Assembly: GCA_964445435.1 (NCBI GenBank)
Contig: CAYUKU010000003.1
Span: forward strand, 841 to 64,840
Direction of reading: 5' to 3'
Length of the DNA stretch: 64,000 bases
DNA from: an uncultured Gammaproteobacteria bacterium
GTDB lineage: Bacteria; Patescibacteriota; Microgenomatia; UBA10105; UBA927
Positions 20,617 to 30,255 of this stretch are shown here, piece by piece. The notes below the pieces were generated by a model that was given only the letters and a program-made list of their open reading frames with translations, did no database searches and had not been told where the DNA came from. The first letter of the stretch is position 1, and each line of letters begins with the position of its first letter. The position numbers and the translations under genes are program-made.

Positions 20617-21766
20617 ATAAATTAAATAATCGCATGAATCCGATACGTTTTTTGTTAATATTGAATCTTGAAATTATGAAGCGCCTAGCCCTATCACCAA
20701 TTTCTCTTCTTTTCGCGGAATCATTCAGAATCATTTCCACCGCCTTTAGATATTCTCTTAGAGATCCACTATGAATAAGTATTCCGTTCTTACCATCTTC
20801 AATAAGTTCCCTGTTCCCTCCAATATCCGACGCAACCACGGGTAGTCCCATTGATAATGACTCTAGAAGGGCTATAGACAATCCCTCTTGATGGTTCGAA
20901 GGGAAAATAACGATATCGCTTATTCCCAAAAAGTCTCGCACTTTGTCCGTGTATCCAACCACTGTAACTCTTTCTTCCAGGTTTACACTTTTGATTTTAC
21001 CTCTCAAATAGTTTATTAATGGTCCACTCCCTACTATTAAAAAATGCAAACTTAAATCCTTTCGTGTCTGTATTAATTTAGTTGCTACTTGGAAAAATGT
21101 ATGAATTCCTTTTTCTTTTGTGATACTACCAATAAAAGTAATTATGATGTCATTTGCTTCAAAATTCATAGTTTTTCTAAGATTGTTTTTCTTCTCAGGT
21201 TTGAAAGGTTCGAAATGCTCAACATCTATTCCTATGGGAATATATAAGATTTTATCTGGCGATACTCCGCCGTTGATTAAATCTTTTTTAGTTCCCTCGG
21301 ATACTGCAAGTATCTTTCTTGAAAATCTGCTTACAATCGAATACAGAAGCTTTATAACTTTTGACCTAGGAGTTATGAAAAGTGGCCCATGTTCTATCCA
21401 TATGACTTTATAACCGGCTAATTTAAGTATCGGGGTCAGTAGTATTTTTTCCGTCATCGACTGAAGGCATATTAAATTGATTCGTTTACCTCCCATTAAT
21501 TTCCTTAAATTTATGTAATAGAGGAATAGATATAGTGGAAATGTAAATAGTAACTTCACTAATTGACTGTGTGTGCCTATTTCCATACTCAGTTGGGGCA
21601 CAGTTATGGTTTTCACTCCTAGGTCTGAGGCTTCCTTTGAAAATTTTTCAAAATTAGTAAGTAGATAGAATCTATATTTGGCGCTGCGAAGTTTATCGAA
21701 CAACAAATAGTTATATTTTTCTGCGCCACTAACACTAGAGCAAATCCTAATTACTAAAATATTCAT
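20606..21766 (-). CDS. GT4 glycosyltransferase
   Basis: GAEKY, EKG, EGLSIALLESLSMGLPVVASDIGG. Confidence 0.88.
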   Translation of the reverse strand: MNILVIRICSSVSGAEKYNYLLFDKLRSAKYRFYLLTNFEKFSKEASDLGVKTITVPQLSMEIGTHSQLVKLLFTFPLYLFLYYINLRKLMGGKRINLICLQSMTEKILLTPILKLAGYKVIWIEHGPLFITPRSKVIKLLYSIVSRFSRKILAVSEGTKKDLINGGVSPDKILYIPIGIDVEHFEPFKPEKKNNLRKTMNFEANDIIITFIGSITKEKGIHTFFQVATKLIQTRKDLSLHFLIVGSGPLINYLRGKIKSVNLEERVTVVGYTDKVRDFLGISDIVIFPSNHQEGLSIALLESLSMGLPVVASDIGGNRELIEDGKNGILIHSGSLREYLKAVEMILNDSAKRREIGDRARRFIISRFNINKKRIGFMRLFNLYEG

Positions 21767-22509
21767 AATTTGCGAGCCACAAGAGTAAATGCTTCACCTC
21801 TAAAAAAAGGTGAGAACCTTGAAAAGCCTTTCACAAGAAGAACATCGAACGCTATTATAAAGTGCCATAGAAATCGAAATTCCTGCCACTTTTGGAGTCT
21901 CAGTTTAATCATAATTCGGTTAAATAGATGAAAAGCCTTAGAAGTGAAGAATGTTATATCCTCTATTACAAAACCTTTACTTCTTAAACTCTCAATTATT
22001 TCTAGTGGCTTAATACCTTCTTCTATCGGACTTTCCCCCTGGCCCCTTTTTAAGGCCTCATAAGTAGGCTCTCTCAGTAGAAGATAGCCTCCGCGGGACA
22101 GGATAGCGCACCAGTTACTAAGAGCATGTTCTTTGCTGATTGTGTGGTGCAGTGCTCCTAAGGATATAATACAATTCGCTGACCCCTTAGGAAATCTGAT
22201 TGTTTCAATATCACCAACTTTAAAAGTACCTGATGGCATGTTTTTTTTTGCAATCTGGAGCATATTTTTCGAAATATCCACACCTATATAGCGAATATTG
22301 TTTAGTAAGTCGTTACTCAGTATCCTTTTGATTGAAATCGCTGGTCCACACCCCATATCAATAACAACATCCGATTTGCGAATATATTTTGCTTTTAGCA
22401 AAAACATTTGTTCTGGAACCTCCCAAATAAAATCATTCTCTCTTCTAAAAGAATATTTTTTTGCCGTTTTATCGTGATGAACTCGCTCAAGTTCAAGAAA
22501 GTTGTTCAT
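21763..22509 (-). CDS. Class I SAM-dependent methyltransferase
   Basis: VIDMGCG, GVDIS, ALHH. Confidence 0.82.
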   Translation of the reverse strand: MNNFLELERVHHDKTAKKYSFRRENDFIWEVPEQMFLLKAKYIRKSDVVIDMGCGPAISIKRILSNDLLNNIRYIGVDISKNMLQIAKKNMPSGTFKVGDIETIRFPKGSANCIISLGALHHTISKEHALSNWCAILSRGGYLLLREPTYEALKRGQGESPIEEGIKPLEIIESLRSKGFVIEDITFFTSKAFHLFNRIMIKLRLQKWQEFRFLWHFIIAFDVLLVKGFSRFSPFFRGEAFTLVARKL

Positions 22510-23801
22510 ACATCGAAGATTAATTTGTATTCTTTCGTACCATGATATCTTCTTTGAAGGAAAGTAACATATATAGCGGAAACGATAAATTCCGTTATCA
22601 CGGTTGTCACACTTGCCCCCAGAAACCCGTAATTCGGAATAACAAACATATTCAGAAGAATATTCAAAAAAAGTGAAATAGATAGTACCTTAATTATTGT
22701 TTTGATTTCGCCGAAAGTTAGTAACACATGGTAATAAACGTTATTTAATAAAAAGAAAGGAACTGCTAACAAGAGTATTTTAAGCGAACTTACGCTTAGA
22801 GAAAACTCGGCTCCTCCCAGAAGACCTATAAGGGGTTCCGCGAAAATTAAACCTCCAGTGACGATAAATATCGATAAAACAACTAATGCGAAATATGTCT
22901 TACGCAACAGGTCACTATATCTATCAAAATTTGATTTTAGATAATATTTGGAAAGAAGTGGAAAGACGCTTGCCATATAAAATCCCCAAAAAGTAAGAAG
23001 ATTTTCGAGAACCTTGTAAGACAAACCATAAATTCCCACTTCTGATGTAGATTTAAATGCGGCAAGCAACAATGTGTCAATTTTAAAATAGAGAAGCGAA
23101 ATGAAGGTTGTAAGTCCTATGGGAAAACTATTCATCAAAATATTTCTAATAACCCGTTTGTCTATTGACAGATTGAAAAATAGGACATCTCTGATTGGTA
23201 TAGCGGAAACAAATAACCCGACCAAATTTCCAAGAAATACTGCAAAAACCAACCCAACAATATTAAACTTCAAGTAGACGAACAAAAAGGTGAAACCTAT
23301 AGTAATAAATTTTACTACTAACTCTATCCCTGCGACTAAATCGAGTCTGACTCTCGATTGCAATATCGAAGTATTGTAAGAAGCCAGATTACCGATTCCG
23401 ACTCCAAGTATTCCGACAAGAATTGCTTTTTTTACGGTTAATGAATACGGGGAGAAAAATAATCCAATTAAAGATAGAAGCACCGAAACGAAAACTAGAA
23501 ACAATTTTGTATTTATATACGAGGCCAGTACTATCCTTGCTACACTAAGTTTTCCTGCCAAATTTCTTACTAATGCGGTATTAAAGCCTAAATCAGAAAA
23601 AGCAATGAAAAAGGATATATATGCAAACACCAAAGAATAGTCACCATAACCACTAGTGCCCAAGTATCTTGTTAGTATTATCACGCTCGCTAAACTAATT
23701 AACAAAGATATCGTCCTAGAAATAAATTGAGCAATGGTGTTGACAAGGATTTTTCTATCTTCTAGCTCCTCCTCAACAGCTGGTTTGTTGTAGTTCGTCA
23801 T
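22506..23801 (-). CDS. Wzx-type oligosaccharide flippase
   Basis: RYLGTSGYGDY, DLG, YFKIDTLLL, VGIYGLSYK, IPNYGFLGA; start set at MTNYNK. Confidence 0.88.
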   Translation of the reverse strand: MTNYNKPAVEEELEDRKILVNTIAQFISRTISLLISLASVIILTRYLGTSGYGDYSLVFAYISFFIAFSDLGFNTALVRNLAGKLSVARIVLASYINTKLFLVFVSVLLSLIGLFFSPYSLTVKKAILVGILGVGIGNLASYNTSILQSRVRLDLVAGIELVVKFITIGFTFLFVYLKFNIVGLVFAVFLGNLVGLFVSAIPIRDVLFFNLSIDKRVIRNILMNSFPIGLTTFISLLYFKIDTLLLAAFKSTSEVGIYGLSYKVLENLLTFWGFYMASVFPLLSKYYLKSNFDRYSDLLRKTYFALVVLSIFIVTGGLIFAEPLIGLLGGAEFSLSVSSLKILLLAVPFFLLNNVYYHVLLTFGEIKTIIKVLSISLFLNILLNMFVIPNYGFLGASVTTVITEFIVSAIYVTFLQRRYHGTKEYKLIFDV

Positions 23802-23900
23802 AAAACGACTAACAGATTTTAGCCAAGGAAATAATCCTAAACCCTTGACATAGCCTAATATTATACTTAATCTGAGATAAAGAGGCAGGTCTAAATACAT

Positions 23901-25844
23901 GTGCTTAAAAGTCTAAGATTATTGTTCTTTTGCTCAACATGGTTATTACTTGCTCGAATTTTTCCAGTTCGAGCTGAAACCATCTTCTTAGATACCTTTT
24001 CTGGAGGCCATAACAGCTCTCTATGGACTATAGAAGAGAACAGATCTATTCCGATACCCTCCCCATTTGGAATTGGCGATACAAACACAGGGAACTTCTA
24101 CGTTCTGGTATCTACAACACAACCATTGCCTGCTAATAATATTGTATCCTTCGATATGAAAATCCATAGCGACCCTTCAGCGATGTGGTTTTCATGCAAC
24201 GATGCAAACAATTCCGCTAACGAACGGAGAGTTGCTCTACGAAATAATGGAACGTTTACCTTTGAAGTATTCTTAAACGGAGGCGGGTTAGGCAGTAATT
24301 TTATGAATTGGGATAATTCACCTGGAATCCATCATTTTGAATTTGACTGTTTTGGTAGCTTATTAATTCTTAAAGAAGATGATGTTACCCTTGGAAGCTG
24401 GGATCATACATCTACTTTTGTCCCAGATAAAGTCCGTTTTTTTTATAAGGACGGAGATACGGAATTCGCTAATTACCAATTATGCGATACCAATGGCTGC
24501 GATCCGCTGCCAAGCTCGACGCCCTCACCCACTCCCTCTCCATCCCCCACACCCACGCCAACACCAACGCCTACACCAACTCCGATTCCGGTGACAAAAG
24601 TGGTAGTTGTCCCGGGCATACTGTCTTCCATAAGCGACGCTCTCATTAACTGTGAACCAGGCGATGGATCTGAAACGTGGAATCTCATCGAATACGCGAA
24701 GACAACATACGAGCCTCTCTATCAGGGAATGCAAAATGCGGGATTTTCTGTGTACCCATTCTATTACGATTGGAGAAGAACGCCAAACCAGAACGCCGCT
24801 AATCTCGACGGCTTCATTGATAGTATCGTGTCTCCGGACGAAAAAATCTATGTACTAGGACATAGCTTGGGCGGATTGGTAGCGCGAGCCTATTTGGAGC
24901 AGGTGCAGCAGGACTCGCGCATCGATAGTCTGTTAACGGTGGGATCTCCCCACGCAGGCGCACTCGATTCATATGTAGTATGGGAAGGAGCACAATTGCC
25001 GGAGTGGCTGCAAGACAATATTCCGGCGCGTTTTCTTCATTTTTACATCTCCGCCTGGTGCCCACTTGTAAAGGGAAGACAATCTCCTATTGAGGGTGTT
25101 CGTAACTATATGCCCGTTTTTACGAATCTTCTGCCCGTCTTTGACTATCTCAGAGATCAAAAAACCGATACGCTAAAGCCCACCCTGGGACTCATCCACC
25201 AGAACACTTGGCTACCAAATAATTCCTTTTATTTCCCCTTCTTCGGAACAAGGGTGGGAACACTGCGAGGGACCAATCAAAAAACGTTGCGTGAATATGT
25301 AGTTAAACCACGCAGTCCTCTTGAGGCAAAACAAGGACTTTGGGATGACGGAAAGCCAATCTCGTACGTATGGTCCCAAGAGGGAGATAATAGGGTGCTG
25401 TTTACGAGTTCTTTCATCCCCGGAGGCGACAACAGTCGGGTTTTGCCGCTTGAACATAATGCGCTCGTATCATCTTCAGGTGGCATTACCCAAATTCTCG
25501 ATTTTTTTGGCATGGGGACTGTACTCCCGAATTTACAGGCGCTTACCTCTATGGAGCCAACCTCTGCTCTCATAGTTCTCTCAAATGAGGCAACACTCTT
25601 CATGGAGACACCCGACGGAAAAAAACAGTCGGATCAAAACGGCATGACCACAATTCTTAACCCGCAGGCAGGCACCTACAAGCTCACAATATCACCAGAC
25701 AAACCATTCGCCCGCTTCGTGATCTTGCAGCTGCTTCCAAATGGAAAAACACTATGGAAAGAATATCACGCTACTGGCAAAAGCATAGAAAAAAGAACAC
25801 TCAATTTTTCTCAAAAGTATCCATCCGAAAACATTTTGCAATAA
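23901..25844 (+). CDS. Secreted alpha/beta-hydrolase (LCAT/PGAP1-like lipase) with N-terminal beta-rich domain and Pro-Thr linker
   Basis: Signal-peptide-like N-terminus, PT repeat, VVVPGI, FYYDWR, GHSLGG, GSPHAG, GDNRV...H. Confidence 0.8.
   Translation: MLKSLRLLFFCSTWLLLARIFPVRAETIFLDTFSGGHNSSLWTIEENRSIPIPSPFGIGDTNTGNFYVLVSTTQPLPANNIVSFDMKIHSDPSAMWFSCNDANNSANERRVALRNNGTFTFEVFLNGGGLGSNFMNWDNSPGIHHFEFDCFGSLLILKEDDVTLGSWDHTSTFVPDKVRFFYKDGDTEFANYQLCDTNGCDPLPSSTPSPTPSPSPTPTPTPTPTPTPIPVTKVVVVPGILSSISDALINCEPGDGSETWNLIEYAKTTYEPLYQGMQNAGFSVYPFYYDWRRTPNQNAANLDGFIDSIVSPDEKIYVLGHSLGGLVARAYLEQVQQDSRIDSLLTVGSPHAGALDSYVVWEGAQLPEWLQDNIPARFLHFYISAWCPLVKGRQSPIEGVRNYMPVFTNLLPVFDYLRDQKTDTLKPTLGLIHQNTWLPNNSFYFPFFGTRVGTLRGTNQKTLREYVVKPRSPLEAKQGLWDDGKPISYVWSQEGDNRVLFTSSFIPGGDNSRVLPLEHNALVSSSGGITQILDFFGMGTVLPNLQALTSMEPTSALIVLSNEATLFMETPDGKKQSDQNGMTTILNPQAGTYKLTISPDKPFARFVILQLLPNGKTLWKEYHATGKSIEKRTLNFSQKYPSENILQ
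24508..24590 (+). repeat. Pro-Ser/Pro-Thr coding linker repeat
   Basis: Encodes PSSTPSPTPSPSPTPTPTPTPTPTPIP. Confidence 0.85.
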
Positions 25845-25847
25845 TCC

Positions 25848-26495
25848 GTGAGCAAACTACTTATTGGCTTCGCTTCGATTTTTGTACATTCATATTTGCT
25901 TTTTGTATACTTTGTTATTTTTCCAATTCATAATTTTTTCGATCAACAGGTGCGGTACCTTTTCCCGACCAAAATCGCTAACAGTTATTATTATTATCGA
26001 AACGTTTTGGGCACTATACTGTATTGCGATACTGAAGGACCTCTATATCGTTTAAATTGTCGCCCGCTTCCGGAAGCAGACAAAGCAACATTTCAGGTTT
26101 TAGCTGTGCAGAACACCGGAAATAAAAAGATAAGCTCCGATTATGCGAAAGACGAAAATACGGTTTATTACCGGGAAAAAATTATTCCAGGGACTAATGC
26201 GTCTTCTTTTCATGCGTTAACGTTTGAGTTCGCCACCGACGGGCGAATTTATTTTCTCGATGGCGTACCGCTCCACGAATTCATCAAGAACCGCTTCGGA
26301 TCATCATATTCATTTAATCCCGATTCGATTGAGGTTCTTTCCTATAATTCAACAAAATACTATCTCATTCTGAAACACAAAACTGAATATTTCTATGTTC
26401 CGGCATCGCGAGATCCGGATTCCAGGGAAAATATTAAGCGAATATCCACAGAGGACGTCGATTCATTTCTTTCCACCGGAGCTCCGTTTCGGTAA
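25848..26495 (+). CDS. DKNYY-family protein
   Basis: N-terminal TM; EADKATFQVL...DYAKDENTVYY...FATDGRIYF repeats. Confidence 0.65.
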   Translation: MSKLLIGFASIFVHSYLLFVYFVIFPIHNFFDQQVRYLFPTKIANSYYYYRNVLGTILYCDTEGPLYRLNCRPLPEADKATFQVLAVQNTGNKKISSDYAKDENTVYYREKIIPGTNASSFHALTFEFATDGRIYFLDGVPLHEFIKNRFGSSYSFNPDSIEVLSYNSTKYYLILKHKTEYFYVPASRDPDSRENIKRISTEDVDSFLSTGAPFR

Positions 26496-26523
26496 GCAAT
26501 TCTTCAGACACGCGTATCGCGAT

Positions 26524-26939
26524 TTACAGGACGTGTTTTCTTAAGTGGTATATATAAAGCGCGCTCGTGAAGCAAAGAATGGACATAATATAAAAGAGCA
26601 CCTGAATGGCCAGTAGGTGCCAAATATTGTTGGCGAACATGTACAGGAAATACCCTGTTCCCATCATGACATACCCCAATGCGACAATCCGTTCCGGTCG
26701 CGCTACCTTATCAGCCCGTCCTGCGGAAAGAAGCACGGTCAGCCCAGCAACCAACGCAAAAACGCTGCCCGCAAGGCTGGCATCCAGAAGGTCACCACCA
26801 ACCTACTCGACAAAAGTGCATAAATCGGACCAAGCATGAATCCTGCAAGAAGTATCATGCCGTTCGTCATTAGGAGTATACGAAGCGCCCGGTTGAGGAA
26901 AAACCGTTTAACGTGAAGCAGGGATGATAAGACCTCCAT
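26524..26939 (-). pseudogene. MFS transporter pseudogene
   Basis: NRALRILLMTNG...GPIYAL then frameshift to FVE*VGGDLLDAS...GRADK; far too short for an MFS protein (internal deletion). Confidence 0.75.
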
Positions 26940-26960
26940 ATTGGCAGTATAAATTCTTTC

Positions 26961-27037
26961 TGGTGGGCGGTATAGGAGTCGAACCTATGACCTTTTCAAT
27001 GTCAATGAAACGCTCTAGCCAACTGAGCTAACCGCCC
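26961..27037 (-). tRNA. tRNA-Val(GAC)
   Basis: GGGCGGT/ACCGCCC acceptor stem, TTTCA-TTGACAT-TGAAA arm, GGTTCGACTCC, CCA. Confidence 0.95.
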
Positions 27038-27110
27038 GATTTACCCTCATTATATCGTCTTTTCCCGTCCTTGACCACCCAGTTCGGGTGCATTACACTT
27101 AATACTGGAT

Positions 27111-27680
27111 ATGGAAGGCGTCAAACGTGCCATTGCCGCTTTTTTTGACTTCCTTCAGGGGATTGTGGTTGTCCTGGCAATCCTTGTCATGGTCTACCTC
27201 TTCCTCGTATCACCACAGGAAATCAACGGCGCCTCCATGGAGCCAAGCTTCTTTAACGGCGAGTATATTCTGACGAATAAAATTCAGTACAAAATGCGTG
27301 AACCGAAGCGGGGCGATGTGGTTATCTTCAAATCGCCAAAAAACAAGGAAGTCGACTACATTAAGCGTGTCATCGGATTACCAGGTGATACTGTCGCTCT
27401 GCGGGACAATTCGTTTTTCGTTAACGGGCAGAAAATCGACGAACCGTACCTGCGGCCTGATGTGGTCATTTTCGGCGGTTCGTATCTTCAGGAAGATCAG
27501 GAGATTACAGTGCCGGACGGAACGCTGTTTGTAGCCGGAGACAATCGGCCGCACAGCTCAGACTCCCGCGAGTTCGGACCCATTCCGTTTGAGGATATCA
27601 TCGGCGTTGCGTTTCTCCGGTACTGGCCGTTTGATAAATTCGGCACACTTCCGCATGTGACATACCCCAACGTACCGTAA
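27111..27680 (+). CDS. lepB: Signal peptidase I
   Basis: GASMEP, RGDVVIF, YIKRVIGLPGD, GDNR..SSDSR. Confidence 0.93.
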   Translation: MEGVKRAIAAFFDFLQGIVVVLAILVMVYLFLVSPQEINGASMEPSFFNGEYILTNKIQYKMREPKRGDVVIFKSPKNKEVDYIKRVIGLPGDTVALRDNSFFVNGQKIDEPYLRPDVVIFGGSYLQEDQEITVPDGTLFVAGDNRPHSSDSREFGPIPFEDIIGVAFLRYWPFDKFGTLPHVTYPNVP

Positions 27681-27699
27681 AGAGCTTTCTTGGAAAATC

Positions 27700-28509
27700 T
27701 TACTTTCCGAGTTTTTCGTGGATGGTCTTGAGGGTTTTGCTTGTAGATTCCAAATTTCCACGGATGACGAAAACGAGCCGCGCTTCTACCTTGGATTGCG
27801 TGATTTTGACGAGTCCGTTGACTGCCTGAGCCAGATCCTTGGCCATGGTATCAAGTTCTTCGCTGTGAATGCGCTCGACCCTGAGAGTCGGTTTCTTGTC
27901 ATACTGGGCTTTCAGCCGTCGTGCGAGATCCTCTGCCCTTCGCACTGATGCGCTCTCGGCGAGGATCGTTTTGTAGGCCTCCACCATGAGCTTGACCTCT
28001 CCGAGGCCCGCAATGGCCCGTGCATGGCCCTCGGTGATGGCGCCGGAGATCAAGCCGTCTTTTATCGCATCAGGAAGAGCCAGAAGACGCATGGTGTTGG
28101 AGACATATGACTCGCTCTTTCCCACTCTCTTGGCGATTTCAGAAACCGGCAGGCCGAATTCCTCGATAAGTCGTTGAAATGCCTGTGCCCGCTCGATGGG
28201 ATTGAGATCTTCGCGTTGTACGTTCTCAACGATGGCCATCTCGAGCATCCCTTTGGCCGTCGTTTCTTTCACGATCACCGGGACAGTCGTAAGTCCTGCC
28301 AGCTTCGACGCGCGAAGCCGTCTCTCGCCTGCGATAAGCTGATATCCTGCCGGGGTCTTGGCAACCACCAATGGCTCGATGACGCCATGTTCTTTTATGG
28401 AATTGGATAATTCCGACAAACTTTCTGGTGCGATAAGACCGCGAGGCTGAAGCGGATTCGTCTGGATAACGTCAATATCAAGATGAAGAACCTGCTGTGT
28501 GTCGGCCAT
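27700..28509 (-). CDS. parB: ParB/Spo0J chromosome partitioning protein
   Basis: NPLQPR, SIKEHGVIEP, IAGERR, ENVQREDL, HTH, GHARA. Confidence 0.92.
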   Translation of the reverse strand: MADTQQVLHLDIDVIQTNPLQPRGLIAPESLSELSNSIKEHGVIEPLVVAKTPAGYQLIAGERRLRASKLAGLTTVPVIVKETTAKGMLEMAIVENVQREDLNPIERAQAFQRLIEEFGLPVSEIAKRVGKSESYVSNTMRLLALPDAIKDGLISGAITEGHARAIAGLGEVKLMVEAYKTILAESASVRRAEDLARRLKAQYDKKPTLRVERIHSEELDTMAKDLAQAVNGLVKITQSKVEARLVFVIRGNLESTSKTLKTIHEKLGK

Positions 28510-28512
28510 GCG

Positions 28513-28770
28513 TTATTGAGTTGTGGGCAGGATAGAAACGTACTGTTTTCCCCGGATCGTAGAGAACGCGACTTTCCCTTTCGAAACTGCGAAAATCGTA
28601 TAATCCCGCCCCATACTTACACCCTGGCCGGGATAAATCTTCGTTCCTTTTTGTCGTACGATGATGTTTCCGGGGATTGCGTTCTGGCCGCCATACATTT
28701 TCACACCAAGACGCTTGGATACGGAATCTTTGTTTCCTGCTGCTGTGCCGCCTGCTTTTACGTGAGCCAT
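28513..28770 (-). CDS. rpmA: 50S ribosomal protein L27
   Basis: MAHVKAGG...KRLGVK...GNIIVRQKGTK...GRDYT. Confidence 0.96.
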   Translation of the reverse strand: MAHVKAGGTAAGNKDSVSKRLGVKMYGGQNAIPGNIIVRQKGTKIYPGQGVSMGRDYTIFAVSKGKVAFSTIRGKQYVSILPTTQ

Positions 28771-28779
28771 AGGATCAAG

Positions 28780-29931
28780 TTAATGCTTTTCTAAAATATA
28801 AAACATCCTCTTCACAACCGCCTGTGGACGGCTGTATTCTATCGGTCCAACCACGATAGTATATCCGAGGTTTTCACACATGTCAACAACTTTTTTCACG
28901 AAAAGGAGCCGTCCCGAGACAGCATATCCTGGCAGCGCAATAACGACTCGCCCGCCCGAAACAAGCAGTGACCGCCAGTCCCGAAGACATCCTATATAAA
29001 GTTTCTCTAAGCCTTTTATGGTATTCTTCACCTTTTGGATATCCACGAGTTTCTGGGTCGCAATCGCCGTATCGCCCATGTACGGCTCAGTTACGATCGC
29101 ATCGATCGATTCGTCTTCAAGTTTTTCAGACATGTGTACTGCGTCATGAACAAACAGTGAGGATACCTCACCTCCGGTTTGCGGCGCCGACCTGACAAGC
29201 CACGCGAGGTTTTCTTTGGCCTTCCGAACCGCACTTTCGGAAATATCACTCCCGACGACCTGCCACCCGCGCATGTAACCTTCCGCAAGCACGGTGCCCA
29301 TGCCGCAGAAAGGGTCAAGAAGCGTTTTTCGCTTTTTTGCTTTCGCCAGGGGGTCCATGTCCACGATATTGACGAGCATCCGGGCAACCTTGGGCGGAAG
29401 CATGCCGGATTTGGCATCGGCAAACGGACGCCCATAGTCTCTGTATCCCCATCCTTCATAATCCTGCACGGCAACCGTTTTGCCTATCACGAAGCCTTTG
29501 TCCGTTTTTGCGACGATAAGCTCCTCGATATGGCCCTTGTCTACCGAAACACTGGAAACCGTCTGACCGTGGCGCCAGGGAACGAATCGCGCGTGAACTC
29601 CGGCCGTCTCGAGCGCCTGTTTCATGGCAGTGAGAAGATTTCCCGGCAATACGACGCCATATGCGCTCACGCCGAAATACAACTTTTTCTCCGGCGAAAG
29701 AAGCCCCACGAGAGCATCGGCAGTTATCTCGGACACAAGCGCTACTTCAGTTGCAATTTTTACAGTACCTCCAAGCATTGCGAGGACGGTTTGCGGATTG
29801 GTAAGCTCCCCTACTGATACCCGCGCGATGTCATCTGAAATTCGCTCAGCGTCGGGAAACATGTTGCGTGCCTCTATGAATGCGAGATCAGCAGTGCGTC
29901 CAAAAACAAGAAGATAAGAAGAACCCCTCAT
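28780..29931 (-). CDS. Trm11/TrmG10-like N-methyltransferase (putative RNA m2G methylase)
   Basis: RDYGRP...GMLPPKVARM, LLDPFCGMGT, GSDIS, IVTEPYMG. Confidence 0.7.
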   Translation of the reverse strand: MRGSSYLLVFGRTADLAFIEARNMFPDAERISDDIARVSVGELTNPQTVLAMLGGTVKIATEVALVSEITADALVGLLSPEKKLYFGVSAYGVVLPGNLLTAMKQALETAGVHARFVPWRHGQTVSSVSVDKGHIEELIVAKTDKGFVIGKTVAVQDYEGWGYRDYGRPFADAKSGMLPPKVARMLVNIVDMDPLAKAKKRKTLLDPFCGMGTVLAEGYMRGWQVVGSDISESAVRKAKENLAWLVRSAPQTGGEVSSLFVHDAVHMSEKLEDESIDAIVTEPYMGDTAIATQKLVDIQKVKNTIKGLEKLYIGCLRDWRSLLVSGGRVVIALPGYAVSGRLLFVKKVVDMCENLGYTIVVGPIEYSRPQAVVKRMFYILEKH

Positions 29932-29934
29932 GTG

Positions 29935-30243
29935 TCAGCCCACGGCGACAACTTCGAGTTTCGTCAGCTGGGGCCGAAATCCGATGGCTTTGCGATAGCG
30001 TACTTTTGATTTAAATCTGCGAACGTCGACCTTCTCCCCCTGCATTTGCGTGACGATCTTCGCCTTTACCTTGGCCCCAGACACAGTGGGAGTGCCCACT
30101 TTGATTCCCTTTTGGTCACCCGTCAGAAGAACGTGGTCGAAGGTGACACTATCCCCTTCTTTTCCCTCAATACGGTCGACTTCTATGACGTCGCCCGCCT
30201 TCACGGTGTATTGTTTTCCGGCAATCGTAACGATGGCAAACAT
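29935..30243 (-). CDS. rplU: 50S ribosomal protein L21
   Basis: MFAIVTIAGKQY...VGTP...GFRPQLTKL. Confidence 0.96.
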   Translation of the reverse strand: MFAIVTIAGKQYTVKAGDVIEVDRIEGKEGDSVTFDHVLLTGDQKGIKVGTPTVSGAKVKAKIVTQMQGEKVDVRRFKSKVRYRKAIGFRPQLTKLEVVAVG

Positions 30244-30255
30244 TGCGATATTGTA

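Noticed and set aside
24508-24590. Short tandem repeat as a CRISPR or contingency locus
   Set aside because: Degenerate codons of a Pro-Thr linker; no repeat-spacer array seen anywhere in the window
27700-28509. Orphan parB as plasmid or phage derived; nearby parS
   Set aside because: Typical chromosomal Spo0J sequence in a housekeeping run; no parS palindrome seen
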